From a virus (lineage: Duplodnaviria; Heunggongvirae; Uroviricota; Caudoviricetes): 64,000 nucleotides of DNA. Shown here piece by piece: positions 35,597 to 45,340 of the stretch. A program made the translations under genes and the position numbers. Location: IMG/VR virus record IMGVR_UViG_3300026549_000047, positions 52,158 through 116,157 of that record, one strand, 5' to 3'. The notes below the pieces were generated by a model. The model did no database searches. It was not told the origin of the DNA and was given only the letters and a program-made list of their open reading frames with translations. Numbering within the stretch: the stretch's first letter is position 1; each line of letters starts with the position of its first letter.

Positions 35597-36881
35597 TCAC
35601 CTTACTACCAATCATCAGGTTAGTTCTCTTGATCAGTCTCACTCTAATCGTATAAACCACCTTGTAATTTTTGTCTGACAGACTTATCGGATCAAGCCTA
35701 TCAGCTGCGATATACTCGGGATATCTATCATAAATAACCTTTCTATCCTTGTTCTTTTCGTATTCACTTATCACATCCTGTGACGTATGAGAGAAAGAGA
35801 GATCAGGTCGCTTAACACCTTTACCTGGCGTACGAACAACTTTATTCTCCTGGATCATAACATCACTTACATAAGCTTCGTCAATATTGGGAGGAACTAT
35901 TAAGGAATTTTCGATCGTATACTCAGAGAAATCTCTTCCCTCACCAAACAAGCTACCAAGCTTATCCTGGAGTGCTTTATTAATTTCGTCCAACCTAACA
36001 GCTTTGTACACTGTCAAGACAGGATCTTTACTTTTTACTTTAGTACCGATGGGAGCAATCCACTTAAGAGCTTCTGTTGACTTAACGTCATACATTAGAT
36101 CTATAATGGAGAAGCTACACATCTTCTTTGCAAATGATTCGCTAACAACGAGAGCATCCTCATTAACATAGCCAAACATTGCATGGAATAGAACTAGTGC
36201 GTTTAGTCCTGCCTTATACGTATCAGCTTCCAAGTTAACTGCACCCGTAATAACGTCACCTTTCTTAACCTTCTGGCCAACTTTGACCTTAGGTTCAATA
36301 AAGACGTCGACATCATTAACGGATTGAATTGCAGTACGTCTGGGAACTTCAACCGTATCTTTATCCGGAAGTTCAATAATAACAGAATCCTCCGTTATCT
36401 CTTTCACTACTCCCTCATCTTTTGTAAACTTTTCATTCAGAACGTTGTCCTTGAGCTCTTCTACGTTGCCAGTATCAACCAATGGTCTTTCGGCACCGGG
36501 GAGAGGTATAGATTGTTTGAGCATCGAGCTACCCATGTGAATTCGCACACTATCTGTATAGTTAACGAATGGAATTCTTCGTACCTCTTCCGATAAACGA
36601 TAATCGGGGTGAAGATCCACTAACTCAACTTCCTCCACGGGAACACGTTTTCTTTTCAATCTATGTTTAACCTCTACCATACCCTCAGCATCTGGCTTAA
36701 GAGTATTAGTCTCGTAATCAACATACTCACTAGCACATACTTTTTTGTTTAGATAGTCGAAATATGGAATTGTTATTTTCACAAAATCTGGACTATATAC
36801 GTCGAAAAGTATGTCAGTGTCCGTTACATGTACGGATTTCGTCAAGGCATTTTGTTTTCCAACATTTTGATTTATCGGTGT
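35597..36881 (-). CDS. rpoB: RNAP beta subunit: central exon (fork/active-site region)
   Basis: ...SVHVTDTDILFDVYSPDF...FVNYTDSVRIHMGSSMLKQSIPLPGAERPLVDTGNVE...NALVLFHAMFGYVNEDALVVSESFAKK...IKRTNLMIG matches beta ...[23 protein letters not shown]...[24 protein letters not shown]...GDKMAG. The frame opens right after the UAG at 36884-82, which contains the omega-G. Confidence 0.7.
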
Positions 36882-37985
36882 CTAAATTATCTAAGTATCA
36901 ACTACTTAGAATAGACTATATCTTTAGAAATTGTATATAGTCGTTGAATAATTTTAACTAAGAATATTTAATCTATATATGAAAACCCTTTTTCGTTATT
37001 TTTAGCCCATCTTCCTATAACCACTGGACTATGATTAGTTGCTTGCCCTGCTTCTTTAACAGAGTCGTAGATAGTACCATCAGGGCCTTGAATTTTTCTT
37101 ATACAAGATATTACGCTAGTATATTTTCCGGTATATTTAAACCCTTTCTCCGGATGTCTGTTTATCCAGTTTCTTAAAATTCCTACAGTAATATTGTTCT
37201 CTCTAGCACAGCTAGCTAAAGTAGGATATATGGTTCCATCAGGTCCCTCAATTTCTTTTCCTTGAGGATGTCCGGAATTCCTGTTTGAGATCGTTGTTTT
37301 AAATTTTTCATCTCTAGGTCCAGTAGATTTTCCTAATTTGGCAAGTGATTGCTTTTTCCGGGCTTCATCACTAGCTGATGTACCAAAAGTGCGGTTCTCG
37401 ACACCATATTTAATATGTTTCTTCCACTTTTCATATCCTTCTTTTGACATTGGGCCGCGCTTCTTTCCTTTAGTAGATTTTGAGATATTTTTACCAATAT
37501 TTGAAGCGATTAATTTTCTTTTTTCATGCCACAGCTCTCTATAGTATGCTGCAGTTGATACGGAGATTTTAATGTTCTTTCCCAAAGCCTCTGCTACTCT
37601 AAACATATAATCTACGGCACATGCTAATTTCGCATTATCTGGGTAACATCTTTGTAATAACATATGAGCAATTATATGCTCTTTTGCAGTTAATAAAACA
37701 TAATTAGACTCTTCATCTTTACCTCCCATACACTTTGGCAGAATATGATGTCTCTCCGTGTAATAATCTAATCTTGTTTTATCTAACCCTCTATGTAGGG
37801 ATTTATTTATCAAATTATTATATGTATTATAATACCAAACCCTATTATAATACTCTATCTCTTCTATTGACATTACTTAGTTTATTTTAATTATTGCTGA
37901 TCTGACTTTTGCCTTTCCAGCAATTAATTTCAATTTAGGAGCCTACCACCTAAACTTAAGCTCCAACACAAATCAAGTCGGAAAA
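36882..37985 (-). mobile_element. group I intron (beta intron 2) with HNH homing endonuclease ORF in P6
   Basis: P2 hairpin GGAGC...GCUCC; P AAUUAAUUGCUGGAAAG (37935-37918); Q AGAUCAGCAAU (37905-37895); HNH ORF 36968..37873; R UUCAACGACUAUAUAC (36950-36938); S AGAUAUAGUCU (36924-36914); P9 UCUAAGUAguugaUACUUAGA; omega-G in ...aauuuag|aca at 36882. The 5' boundary is approximate. Confidence 0.5.
36968..37873 (-). CDS. intron-encoded HNH homing endonuclease with duplicated C-terminal DNA-binding modules
   Basis: RHHILPKCMGGKDEESNYVLLTAKEHIIAHMLLQRCYP is an HNH motif. The module GPDGTIY...A...N occurs twice (IEGPDGTIYPTLASCARENNI and IQGPDGTIYDSVKEAGQATNH). Confidence 0.75.
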   Translation of the reverse strand: MSIEEIEYYNRVWYYNTYNNLINKSLHRGLDKTRLDYYTERHHILPKCMGGKDEESNYVLLTAKEHIIAHMLLQRCYPDNAKLACAVDYMFRVAEALGKNIKISVSTAAYYRELWHEKRKLIASNIGKNISKSTKGKKRGPMSKEGYEKWKKHIKYGVENRTFGTSASDEARKKQSLAKLGKSTGPRDEKFKTTISNRNSGHPQGKEIEGPDGTIYPTLASCARENNITVGILRNWINRHPEKGFKYTGKYTSVISCIRKIQGPDGTIYDSVKEAGQATNHSPVVIGRWAKNNEKGFSYID

Positions 37986-38057
37986 CGACGAATTGTAAGC
38001 TACACTTTGAGGTATTTGGATCTTACCAGTTAAGCTCTGCAAATTTCATTTTATTTC

Positions 38058-38206
38058 TCTCAATTTTCTTGAGACCTTTTAGACTATATCACCTTTGTTC
38101 TATCATATAGTCGTTGAAACTTTTGTCTGCCGATTGTAGTTTTTCTCTTTCCGGCAATTATACAGAAAGCCACAAATCTTTCTATGGCATTAATACCCGG
38201 GCTTAT
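38058..38206 (-). mobile_element. group I mini-intron (beta intron 1, about 150 nt, ORF-less)
   Basis: P2 AGAAAGauuuguggCUUUCU; P UAAUUGCCGGAAAG (38160-38147), close to the consensus AAUUGCGGGAAAG; Q AAUCGGCAGAC (38134-38124); R GUUUCAACGACUAUAUG (38118-38105); S GAUAUAGUCU (38090-38081); P9 CUCAAgaaaaUUGAG. The track ORF 38084..39058 reads through it: P encodes IIAGKR, R encodes FQRLYD, and the stop lies inside S. A short micro-exon is expected between about 37986 and 38057. Confidence 0.5.
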
Positions 38207-39058
38207 CTGCAGATCACTTCCTCCCTTACTAGCATCGCTACTGCCTTTCCAATATCTAACGCACAGCATTGTCAAGACATTAACTTGCTCTTGTAGTTTA
38301 TTATAACGGGACCAATAATTCATGATCTTCTTTCTGGTTCCCCAGTAGTTTCTCTTATTGGATCCGTTAAACAAATAGTTCATAAACCCACTTGGAATGG
38401 ACTCGATTCTCTTATCAATCACCAAATCCTTCACACGATCATCTCCAAAAGCCAGACACTCTTCAATCAAGCGCTTTGTTATGAACTCAGGTTTGTAGTC
38501 TAAGTCTAACTTAATTTCCAGCTTTTTAATCTGACGGTCAGTGAGTCTAAGGGCCTCTCTTTCAAGACCCGTCACATTGTCGATTTCATCCAGAGTATAT
38601 TCTCGAACTCGCTCCTGCAAGCCAAGCTCTGGATTAGTTCGTTTAATCTTGAGGACACCTTTCCTGATATCATAGATACGATCATAGTCAAAGTTGATAT
38701 CATACCTTCCAGTTCCAGACATATTGATTCTACAATCGTAGTCATTGCCCAGAGTATTGGTTGCAATACGATATGCTCCCTCGATAATGAAAGCACCATC
38801 AATCTCTTTGGGGACCTCAAATTCAGAAAACCGAACCTCATCATCATAGTTTATGGTATACTCCAAGATAACCTTGTGAGTAGCCGTCAATCCATTCTCA
38901 ATATAGTAAGATGCGGGACGAGGAGTTTCCTCTTCGATATGCCAATTCAAGTTTGTTAACTTGTACTTGGGATTATACGCATCAATTTCACTACCAAAGA
39001 ATCGATCTACAATAAGTTTTGCTCCTGTGTTTCTGAAATACTGATTAAAGTTACTCAT
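38207..39058 (-). CDS. rpoB: RNAP beta subunit: first exon (N-terminal about 284 aa)
   Basis: ...GDDRVKDLVIDKRIESIPSGFMNYLFNGSN... parallels the beta [26 protein letters not shown] block. The start ATG directly follows the TAA of the upstream gene. Confidence 0.7.
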
Positions 39059-39427
39059 TTATAAAAGTATTTTTAATGTTAACTGTTTAAACTCACAGTC
39101 GAGCGAGTTAAAGAATGTCTCTAACTCAATTTTTACTTTTTCTTTTAGCTTTTCTGCTTCTACATATTCTTCCATGGGAAGGCCCACAGTTGACATAAAG
39201 AAAGCAGTATACTCTACTATATAATTAAACGTATCTTTTCTCTGATACAGACATAGTTTAGTGGAGAATTTATCATACCTAGGCTCTGGCACCATTTTAG
39301 TCAGATTCTCATACAAATTTTCTCTCACACTAACTACATCTGGGTCATTGGAATCAAGGACGTTGTAGGGTATCTCATAAGCTAAGACTATTTTATAAAA
39401 ATAATCATTTTCATTATTACCCATCAT
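39059..39427 (-). CDS. hypothetical protein between beta' and beta genes
   Basis: 122 aa ORF; no RNAP motifs recognised. Confidence 0.5.
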   Translation of the reverse strand: MMGNNENDYFYKIVLAYEIPYNVLDSNDPDVVSVRENLYENLTKMVPEPRYDKFSTKLCLYQRKDTFNYIVEYTAFFMSTVGLPMEEYVEAEKLKEKVKIELETFFNSLDCEFKQLTLKILL

Positions 39428-39434
39428 ACTAACC

Positions 39435-39695
39435 TTAGAAGTCTATGTTCATCATATTTCCTCCCCCAATTGGCGTAACTGACTTTGGAGTTACCTTAGT
39501 CGACACACCTGGTACGGGAGTTGTCACGTTTTTCTGTTTCTCCGGCTTAGGAGTGGGAACAGGGATACTCCCCTTTGAGGATGATGAGGTAGTAGACATA
39601 GAGTCAACCACAACACCATCCTTCTTTAGGGTTATATTCACGTTAAGTTCTTTCTCAAAGTCGGGAATATCAAGTTCAAGTTTTATAATTCCCAT
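39435..39695 (-). CDS. hypothetical Ser/Thr/Pro-rich small protein
   Basis: 86 aa ORF; low complexity. Confidence 0.4.
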   Translation of the reverse strand: MGIIKLELDIPDFEKELNVNITLKKDGVVVDSMSTTSSSSKGSIPVPTPKPEKQKNVTTPVPGVSTKVTPKSVTPIGGGNMMNIDF

Positions 39696-39701
39696 CTTCT
39701 T

Positions 39702-40550
39702 TTATTTACTGTCAAGTTTATCATTCAGGAGAAGGTTCAATACCGTACTTGTCATGGTATCGCCTTCCAAATTAAGTTCACCCTTGAGGGCACGACCAAT
39801 AATTCTGGACGACCAACCATATGACAAAGTTGTAAAGAAGGACTTACGATTAAGAATAGCATTCTGGGTTCCTTGATATTCAATCTCCTCAACTTTATTT
39901 GTCTTGGGATCAACTACCATGTTAGTAAGACCAGAGAATACCATTTCAACAATTTCCTCTTGCATGTCACTAGGACTTACAATACCGCTCTTCTGAAAGT
40001 CATTACTTGTTAATGAATAATATTGATTTCTAAATATATTAAATGCCCCGTTAATATCTCCGGGCAGGTCAGCCGTAACCTGTCTCATGTTCACAACTCC
40101 TGAACAGAAGCGTTGGTATTTCTTGATCTCTGTGCCGTCAGGGAAGTAGTATATTGACTCGGGGGAGTATGCATACTGACGTCCGCCAATGAACACTTCA
40201 ATCTCACCACGTTTGTTTTCGGTGTAGTGAATAGTTCCAGCTTCATACGCGTAACAATCGGCGACAGTTACCGTATCTTTCTCGAAATATTTCGTGCCTG
40301 AGCTACCCTTAGCATTCATTAATCGAATAACTGAGTTTAGCTTATATACTGGAGATGTAGTATGATAAGCTGTTCCTAAAAGTTCTCCCGCTGCATATTT
40401 CTGCTTGGGAATACCAACCCAGTTGTCTGGTCTTGGATAACGAAGCTCTCCACCTCGTACTTTAAGAACAAGCCACCTACCATCTTCTCTCAGTTCACAA
40501 TCTTTAGGAGCATATAGATTTCCTGAATTATCGATGACTCTTTCATGACC
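39702..40550 (-). CDS. rpoC: RNAP beta' subunit: last exon (trigger-loop insertion, TL C-terminal half, C-terminal clamp region)
   Basis: GHERV...LPGDINGAFNIFRNQY resembles TL2 ITGGLPRVADLFEAR. ...SFFTTLSYGWSSRIIGRALKGELNLEG resembles FQETTRVLTEAA..GKRDEL.GLKENVI.G. It follows an omega-G at 40551 after the P9 hairpin AAUCCUAAAgagaUUUAGGAU. Confidence 0.7.
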   Translation of the reverse strand, partial: GHERVIDNSGNLYAPKDCELREDGRWLVLKVRGGELRYPRPDNWVGIPKQKYAAGELLGTAYHTTSPVYKLNSVIRLMNAKGSSGTKYFEKDTVTVADCYAYEAGTIHYTENKRGEIEVFIGGRQYAYSPESIYYFPDGTEIKKYQRFCSGVVNMRQVTADLPGDINGAFNIFRNQYYSLTSNDFQKSGIVSPSDMQEEIVEMVFSGLTNMVVDPKTNKVEEIEYQGTQNAILNRKSFFTTLSYGWSSRIIGRALKGELNLEGDTMTSTVLNLLLNDKLDSK

Positions 40551-41705
40551 CAAAATTATCCTAAATCTCTTTAGGATTTAGACTATATCTTATTAAATAA
40601 CATATAGTCGTTGAATTATATACTTAAAAGTTTTAGCTGTTCTTGTATAAATGATAATATCTCTTCTTTCTTCTCAATCAAAAATCCCTCGTTTCCTATA
40701 ACAATAAATTCTTTAAATTCCATTTTAACGCTGTATTCTAATTCTGCTATCTTCTCTCTAGTAGATTTTGCTAGTACAGTACTTTTTCCATAGCTATATC
40801 CATGATACCCTCTTAAGTCAATACGATTACTAGTATTTCTACTAACACCCAGCTTAAATGCATTAGAATTTTCTAATTCTACTAAATAATATTCACAAAT
40901 ATCAAATAGATCTCCTTTGTTTAGGAACATTTTTCTGTCGATAGCTATTAATTCATCAACACTAAATGTTTTATCTACCGGCAAACCAATATCTATTGCC
41001 GCCTTATCATAGGAATCTCTTGTTGTTTGTTTAAGTTTCTCAATGTTAGTCTCTGCTTTCGGAATCCAAGGTTTCCTAACATCATCAGGTGAAAATATAC
41101 TATTTCCATCTGCTATTTGTTTCTTTGCATTAATACTGAGCTTTTTGCGCCACTCTTTTGATCTTCTGTTTGCCTTCTGAAGACCAGTTACTCCTCTTTT
41201 ATAATTTTCTCTCTGAGCAACTTGAGTAGCAGCATTTGCTAGGTGGTCTTTACAACCATCCATAAAATAGTTCATCCATTTTCCATTTTTAATTGGAACC
41301 AAAGATCTAAATACTCTTGGTTGGTTACATTTTTCTCCAGTATATGGATTTTTATAAGAACATATAGGTATTTTAGACTCATCCCCTTCAAATACTACTA
41401 TTATATAGTACTCAAATTCTGTAAGTCCGTACTTATTAAATAAGTATTGTTTTCGTTGAGAAGTAGAGAGTTCTTTACAGTCATCTAGTTGATCTAATAT
41501 TTGAAAATATTTAGATCGAGGACTAACCAGGTTAGTCCTACTGTATTCAATTCTTCCAGGACAAGACACGATATACTCTTTTTCTTTATAGATAACTTTC
41601 TTTTTCTTCATAAATTTTAATTTAAAATATTCTTTAAGTATCTCTAAACTGCTGGTAATGATATTTTCAATTCCAGCAATAATTTATTTTTATACACAGC
41701 TAATC
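40551..41705 (-). mobile_element. group I intron (beta' intron 4) with endonuclease-like ORF in P6, inserted in the trigger loop
   Basis: Upstream exon ends ...TTQSILGLKHGF(D), a TL1 GEPGTQLTMRTFHIGG-like block. P AAUUAUUGCUGGAAUUG (41672-41661); Q AUUACCAGCAG; ORF 40616..41611; R UUCAACGACUAUAUG (40620-40604); S GAUAUAGUCU (40590-40577). Confidence 0.55.
40616..41611 (-). CDS. intron-encoded putative homing endonuclease (family not assignable; basic NUMOD-like central region)
   Basis: 331 aa ORF filling the P6 position of the intron. Lys/Arg-rich helix-like modules (KANRRSKEWRKKLSINAKKQ). No HNH, GIY or LAGLIDADG motif recognised. Confidence 0.5.
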   Translation of the reverse strand: MKKKKVIYKEKEYIVSCPGRIEYSRTNLVSPRSKYFQILDQLDDCKELSTSQRKQYLFNKYGLTEFEYYIIVVFEGDESKIPICSYKNPYTGEKCNQPRVFRSLVPIKNGKWMNYFMDGCKDHLANAATQVAQRENYKRGVTGLQKANRRSKEWRKKLSINAKKQIADGNSIFSPDDVRKPWIPKAETNIEKLKQTTRDSYDKAAIDIGLPVDKTFSVDELIAIDRKMFLNKGDLFDICEYYLVELENSNAFKLGVSRNTSNRIDLRGYHGYSYGKSTVLAKSTREKIAELEYSVKMEFKEFIVIGNEGFLIEKKEEILSFIQEQLKLLSI

Positions 41706-42047
41706 AAAACCGTGTTTTAAGCCTAAGATTGATTGCGTAGTTGCCTCCGAGAAGGACGAACCTGCAGCCAAACCTAAACCACTGCCATCTGGTGTATCTG
41801 TTTTCAGGAAATTTTTGCTAAGTAAGTCCGGAGTTATGATATCGAGGTCGCCTTCTCTTTTCATAACTATTGATCTTACCGGTACTAAGTCATCCTCATT
41901 CTGACGTACAACATCACCATATACTTTGCCATTAGGCGCAGTACGGCCCGTTGCTACGTATCGGGGAATAAGGAGTCCCTCATTATTTGGATCACTGCCC
42001 TCTGCACTGAACTTATAATTGTTCAAAAGGAACGTGATCTGTCGGTT
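41706..42047 (-). CDS. rpoC: RNAP beta' subunit: exon 4 (region between bridge helix and trigger loop)
   Basis: NRQITFLLNNYKFSAEGSD...GLGLAAGSSFSEATTQSILGLKHGF; the C-terminal part matches the TL1 consensus E.GTQ(L/S)(T/I)(M/L)..H.G. Confidence 0.6.
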
Positions 42048-42389
42048 CATATATCCACCCAAGGGTCAAGACCGAGAATTTATATTTCCCGGTCGGGTGG
42101 TAATAAGTTCTGTATTCGTTCATACAGATTAAGACTATACCATGACTCAACACCATAGAGCCTCTTAAGTAATAGTCGTTGATCTTATTACTTACAAGTT
42201 TCTTCTTTTCCTTCCTTCCCACATTCATCACTAGAGGGAGGAACAGCTTTCTGGACGATGTCGTTATACTGAGCTAGCATTTGGCCAATCCCAGAAAATA
42301 TCATTCCAAGAGCTGTCAAGATCTTCACTACTTGATTCATAACAAGTTGCTGATTTTAATTATAAATTTTTCTTCCAGCAATATTTTTA
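42048..42389 (-). mobile_element. group I intron (beta' intron 3, about 342 nt, ORF-less) directly after the bridge helix
   Basis: Upstream exon ends ...YISHAIENRSLQSIKQSGVQYLLRVRHAQN, the bridge helix [35 protein letters not shown]. P AUAUUGCUGGAAG (42384-42371); Q AAUCAGCAAC (42355-42346); R AUCAACGACUAUUAC (42190-42176); S GGUAUAGUCUUAAU (42146-42133); P9 CUGUAUgaacgaAUACAG; P9.1 GACCGggaaauauaaauucUCGGUC; omega-G at 42048. Confidence 0.6.
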
Positions 42390-43206
42390 GATTTTGTGCA
42401 TGGCGCACCCTTAGTAAATATTGTACGCCACTTTGCTTGATACTTTGTAAGCTGCGGTTCTCAATCGCATGTGAAATGTACTCGCTTTCACTTAGACCAC
42501 CAAGTAAGCTGCCTCTATTAACTATAGGCTTCTCATCCACACCCGAGATAATGAACTGAGGTGCGTTGATAGCCACAATAGAAGCCAACTTCACTCGAGC
42601 AGCACGGTCTAATTCTGCTTTTAGGTCAGAACTAAACTCGTTCTCCACAGTCTTCAAGTATCCATTATACTTTTCAGAGATCAACATAAGTTTCTGCTTA
42701 TCTGTTAATTCAGACGAGTCAGCAATCTTTCTAATCTCCTTGTAAGTATCATTATCGGTGTTAGCATATAGTGTAGAGTAGTCAAACGTAACAACACCAG
42801 TACGTGTGACATACTTCAAGCCAAGTCGCTGAAGCTTGTTAGCTTTCTCTACCCAATCTTCATATCCATATAGATATGACATCAACCTTCCAGCTGATTT
42901 TGCGTTAATGCGCTCATACGGACCAATCACGGGCTTACCACCTACTTTAATTTCATCAAGATCGGCTTCAATGATCTTTGAAATTCTGAGTCGTCCATAT
43001 GTAGTAATCTTCGATTGATAATCAACGCCACCTAGTTTTCCTGTAAAGACAATAGGAGTTCCTGCTTTTATTTTACCATCTACCTCAACATCTTTTAAGA
43101 GCTGAGCATAGTCGGTATAATAATGCTTAGGATTCTTCATGTCGTCAGGACTATCCGGAGTATACTCCGAAATATTAGCTAAGCCATTACGTAGGTCTAT
43201 ATAAAA
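42390..43206 (-). CDS. rpoC: RNAP beta' subunit: exon 3 (about 272 aa, through F-loop and bridge helix)
   Basis: FYIDLRNGLANISEYTPDSPDD...TTYGRLRISKII...SAGRLMSYLYGYEDWVEKANKLQRLGLKYVTRTGVVTFDYSTLY...GLSESEYISHAIENRSL parallels beta' LSPANGEPIIVPSQD...TTVGRAILWMIV...[31 protein letters not shown]...[18 protein letters not shown]. Confidence 0.7.
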
Positions 43207-44391
43207 CATATATAGACTAGACTATATCATAAGTTCTCATGAATAGTCGTTGAATTAATTTAATGTAGTTTAACAGAAATTATACATAGTAGTCGTATAG
43301 ATACAGAGATCTATTTAATCTTTTACTGTCTCTTCTCTCATAAAACTTTCTTTTGATATATAGATCATCTTCCGTCAAAGTTATATATTTAACGTTGTTC
43401 TTTCTACACCACTTTTTTCCAGCCAACCTTTTATTAATAACCTTCTCCGTGTTTAATAAATTTTTAGCTTTAATTTCCACCATAAATTTATCACCAGATA
43501 AAGTAGTTACTAAGAAGTCTGGATAATAATAATGTGATTTGTCCCCTATTTTATATTTTATAGGATCTGGTATAGACAAATCAACTATATAGTGACTCGA
43601 TTCTATAATCGTTAAAAAGTCTTTTTCATATGAAGATAAGTAACCTATCTCAGTATTAAACTTAGTTGAGACAAATTTTCCAGATTCATAATAGTTTCTA
43701 GATTTTATTTTTCCTTTTTTGGATTTGGAAATTTTTTCTTTTGCCTCTTCAGATAATTTAAAATGGTATCCCCTAGGTCTTTTTAACCGCTGTTCTTCTG
43801 TCAGTTTCTTACCTTTTTTAGCAAGACTTAAATTTTTCTTATTCTCTTCTGACAAAGGTTTCCCTTTTAGTTTAATAGAGTTAAGTTCTGCAGTATGTCT
43901 ATACCTACAATTCTTGCAATAAGTCTTATATCCGGGATATCTATTTTTCTTAGGATCCCTAATAAACAAAAACATACACTCTTTCCCACAAAACTGACAT
44001 TTAGGTCTATCATTTACACTACTTATACCTAAAACTACTAAATCGAAATATATTTGTATATTTACACCTTCTTTTAAATTCTTAAGTAACCAGGGTCCTT
44101 TTGCCCAGGCATCTTTATTGTTTTTATTAATAAAAGATGGTATAAAATATTCCCAAAATCTTCCCGATTTCCTACAATAATTCTCTATTCCAAGCCCAAC
44201 TCCATTAAATGGGTTTAACTTAGAGTAATATTCATAAAGATCATTCATAAAATTACACTACATTTGTTATTAACTGCTGATCTGTTTTAATACTTTCCAG
44301 CAATTTGTAAGATTTTATAACCCCTAGGTTTTTCAAGGGTTTCGTGATTAAACTCGAAGATATTTTTCAGATTCTTTTTATAAAGCTTGTT
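43207..44391 (-). mobile_element. group I intron (beta' intron 2) with PD-(D/E)xK-type homing endonuclease ORF in P6
   Basis: P AAAUUGCUGGAAAG (44290-44277); Q AACAGAUCAGCAG (44265-44253); ORF 43280..44248; R UUCAACGACUAUUC (43258-43243); S GAUAUAGUCUAGUCUAUAUAUG (43233-43207), ending in the omega-G at 43207 that precedes exon FYIDLRNG. The joined exons ...AKMSPR|FYIDLRNGLANIS have the same length as beta' MMSTNNILSPANG. Confidence 0.6.
43280..44248 (-). CDS. intron-encoded homing endonuclease: Zn-finger + NUMOD3-like repeats + C-terminal PD-(D/E)xK nuclease domain
   Basis: CQFCGKEC...CKNCRYRH zinc finger. Repeats ...SEENKKNLSLAKKGKKLTEEQRLKR... and SEEAKEKISKSKKGK. C-terminus YYYPDFLV...KFMVEIKAK is a canonical PD...(D/E)xK core. 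Confidence 0.6.
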   Translation of the reverse strand: MNDLYEYYSKLNPFNGVGLGIENYCRKSGRFWEYFIPSFINKNNKDAWAKGPWLLKNLKEGVNIQIYFDLVVLGISSVNDRPKCQFCGKECMFLFIRDPKKNRYPGYKTYCKNCRYRHTAELNSIKLKGKPLSEENKKNLSLAKKGKKLTEEQRLKRPRGYHFKLSEEAKEKISKSKKGKIKSRNYYESGKFVSTKFNTEIGYLSSYEKDFLTIIESSHYIVDLSIPDPIKYKIGDKSHYYYPDFLVTTLSGDKFMVEIKAKNLLNTEKVINKRLAGKKWCRKNNVKYITLTEDDLYIKRKFYERRDSKRLNRSLYLYDYYV

Positions 44392-44589
44392 AACGCGGGG
44401 CGACATCTTCGCCATCGTGTCCTCTTTTGCTTCTTCTGGTACTAATACGACACTAATTGTGTCACCGTCGAAGTCAGCGTTCAATGGACCACATAAACTG
44501 ATCGGGTACGCAATAGCGTCCTGCTCTACAAGACGAAGCTTGCAACAGTATATACTGTACTCATGCAACGTCGGTTGACGATTAACACT
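44392..44589 (-). CDS. rpoC: RNAP beta' subunit: exon 2 with catalytic NADFDGD motif
   Basis: SVNRQPTLHEYSIYCCKLRLVEQDAIAYPISLCGPLNADFDGDTISVVLVPEEAKEDTMAKMSPR matches beta' [64 protein letters not shown]. The tail of track ORF 44287..44604 after ...MSPR is intron read-through. Confidence 0.7.
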
Positions 44590-45340
44590 CTGATTATTAA
44601 GCATTTAGCTTTATCATCAGATAGACTATATCTTTGTAATCGTACATAGTCGTTGAACTTACTCTAGTTTTGTACTTCAAATTTTAAATTTTTATTCTTC
44701 CTAACTGAGTCTTTCAAGAACTGATACACCTCTTTTTTCTTTGATTTCTCAAGGAACTCAGTATATCTAATTCCATTGGGATCCAGTTTCGTATAATCTT
44801 GGAACTTGATCATTACATCAAATTCAAGATCAGCCAAATCATCAGTAGGCCCTGAAATAATTGCTATCACACGACCACCTAATATCTGTTTTGTTGTTCT
44901 GCGTTCCCAATCTTTTGAGAACCCAACTTTTATACTTTGTGGGAATTCGAGTAGATATATATACCCATCAGCTCCCTGGAATTTATTATGTAAGAGATTT
45001 CTGTTATTAACTCTCATAGCATACTCAGATCCATAACCACGAGCGGATTTATCTAAGAGATTTCTCTCTCGAATTTTTTCCATCCTATCATGTTTTTCCT
45101 GGCTCTGATTCCACACTCCAATCTTCGACGTCCCAAGGTATCTACCTTGTTGGTGAAGTTGTTTCATGTGTTCACTTCGATTCCATCCTAGGTCTGAGTA
45201 TGTTTTTCTTTTTAATACTACCATGCTCAACGCCTTTCTTTTTTTTTTCTAACAAAACTTAAGTAAGCTGCTGATTTTAAGGATCCACCCTTAATCCCAG
45301 CAATTCATCAATTTATACGTACCAATTAAATACTTAGCAC
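44590..45340 (-). mobile_element. group I intron (beta' intron 1) with T5orf172 (GIY-YIG superfamily)-type ORF in P6
   Basis: P GAUGAAUUGCUGGGAUUAAGG (45311-45295); Q UUAAAAUCAGCAGCUUAC (45280-45263); ORF 44664..45230; R UUCAACGACUAUG (44660-44647); S GAUAUAGUCUAUC (44636-44624); P9 AAGCuaaaUGCUU; omega-G at 44590 (aauaaucag|agu). Confidence 0.55.
44664..45230 (-). CDS. intron-encoded T5orf172-domain protein (putative GIY-YIG-superfamily homing endonuclease)
   Basis: GYIYLLEFPQSIKVGFSKDWERRTTKQI...EFDVMIKF fits the T5orf172 pattern GY(V/I)Y(I/L)L.....KIG.T.....RR. The start is probably the ATG at 45224. Confidence 0.6.
   Translation of the reverse strand: MSMVVLKRKTYSDLGWNRSEHMKQLHQQGRYLGTSKIGVWNQSQEKHDRMEKIRERNLLDKSARGYGSEYAMRVNNRNLLHNKFQGADGYIYLLEFPQSIKVGFSKDWERRTTKQILGGRVIAIISGPTDDLADLEFDVMIKFQDYTKLDPNGIRYTEFLEKSKKKEVYQFLKDSVRKNKNLKFEVQN

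Noticed and set aside
33690-44660. Nine copies of AGACTATATC-N-ATATAGTCGTTGAA, first read as an intergenic promoter/terminator hairpin or MITE-like repeat (palindromic 8-9 bp stem).
   Set aside because: On the coding (minus) strand they are the R and S elements of group I intron P7. Each copy also has P and Q elements, a P9 hairpin and omega-G, and sits exactly between rejoinable exons of beta'/beta. There is no consistent T-run for termination.
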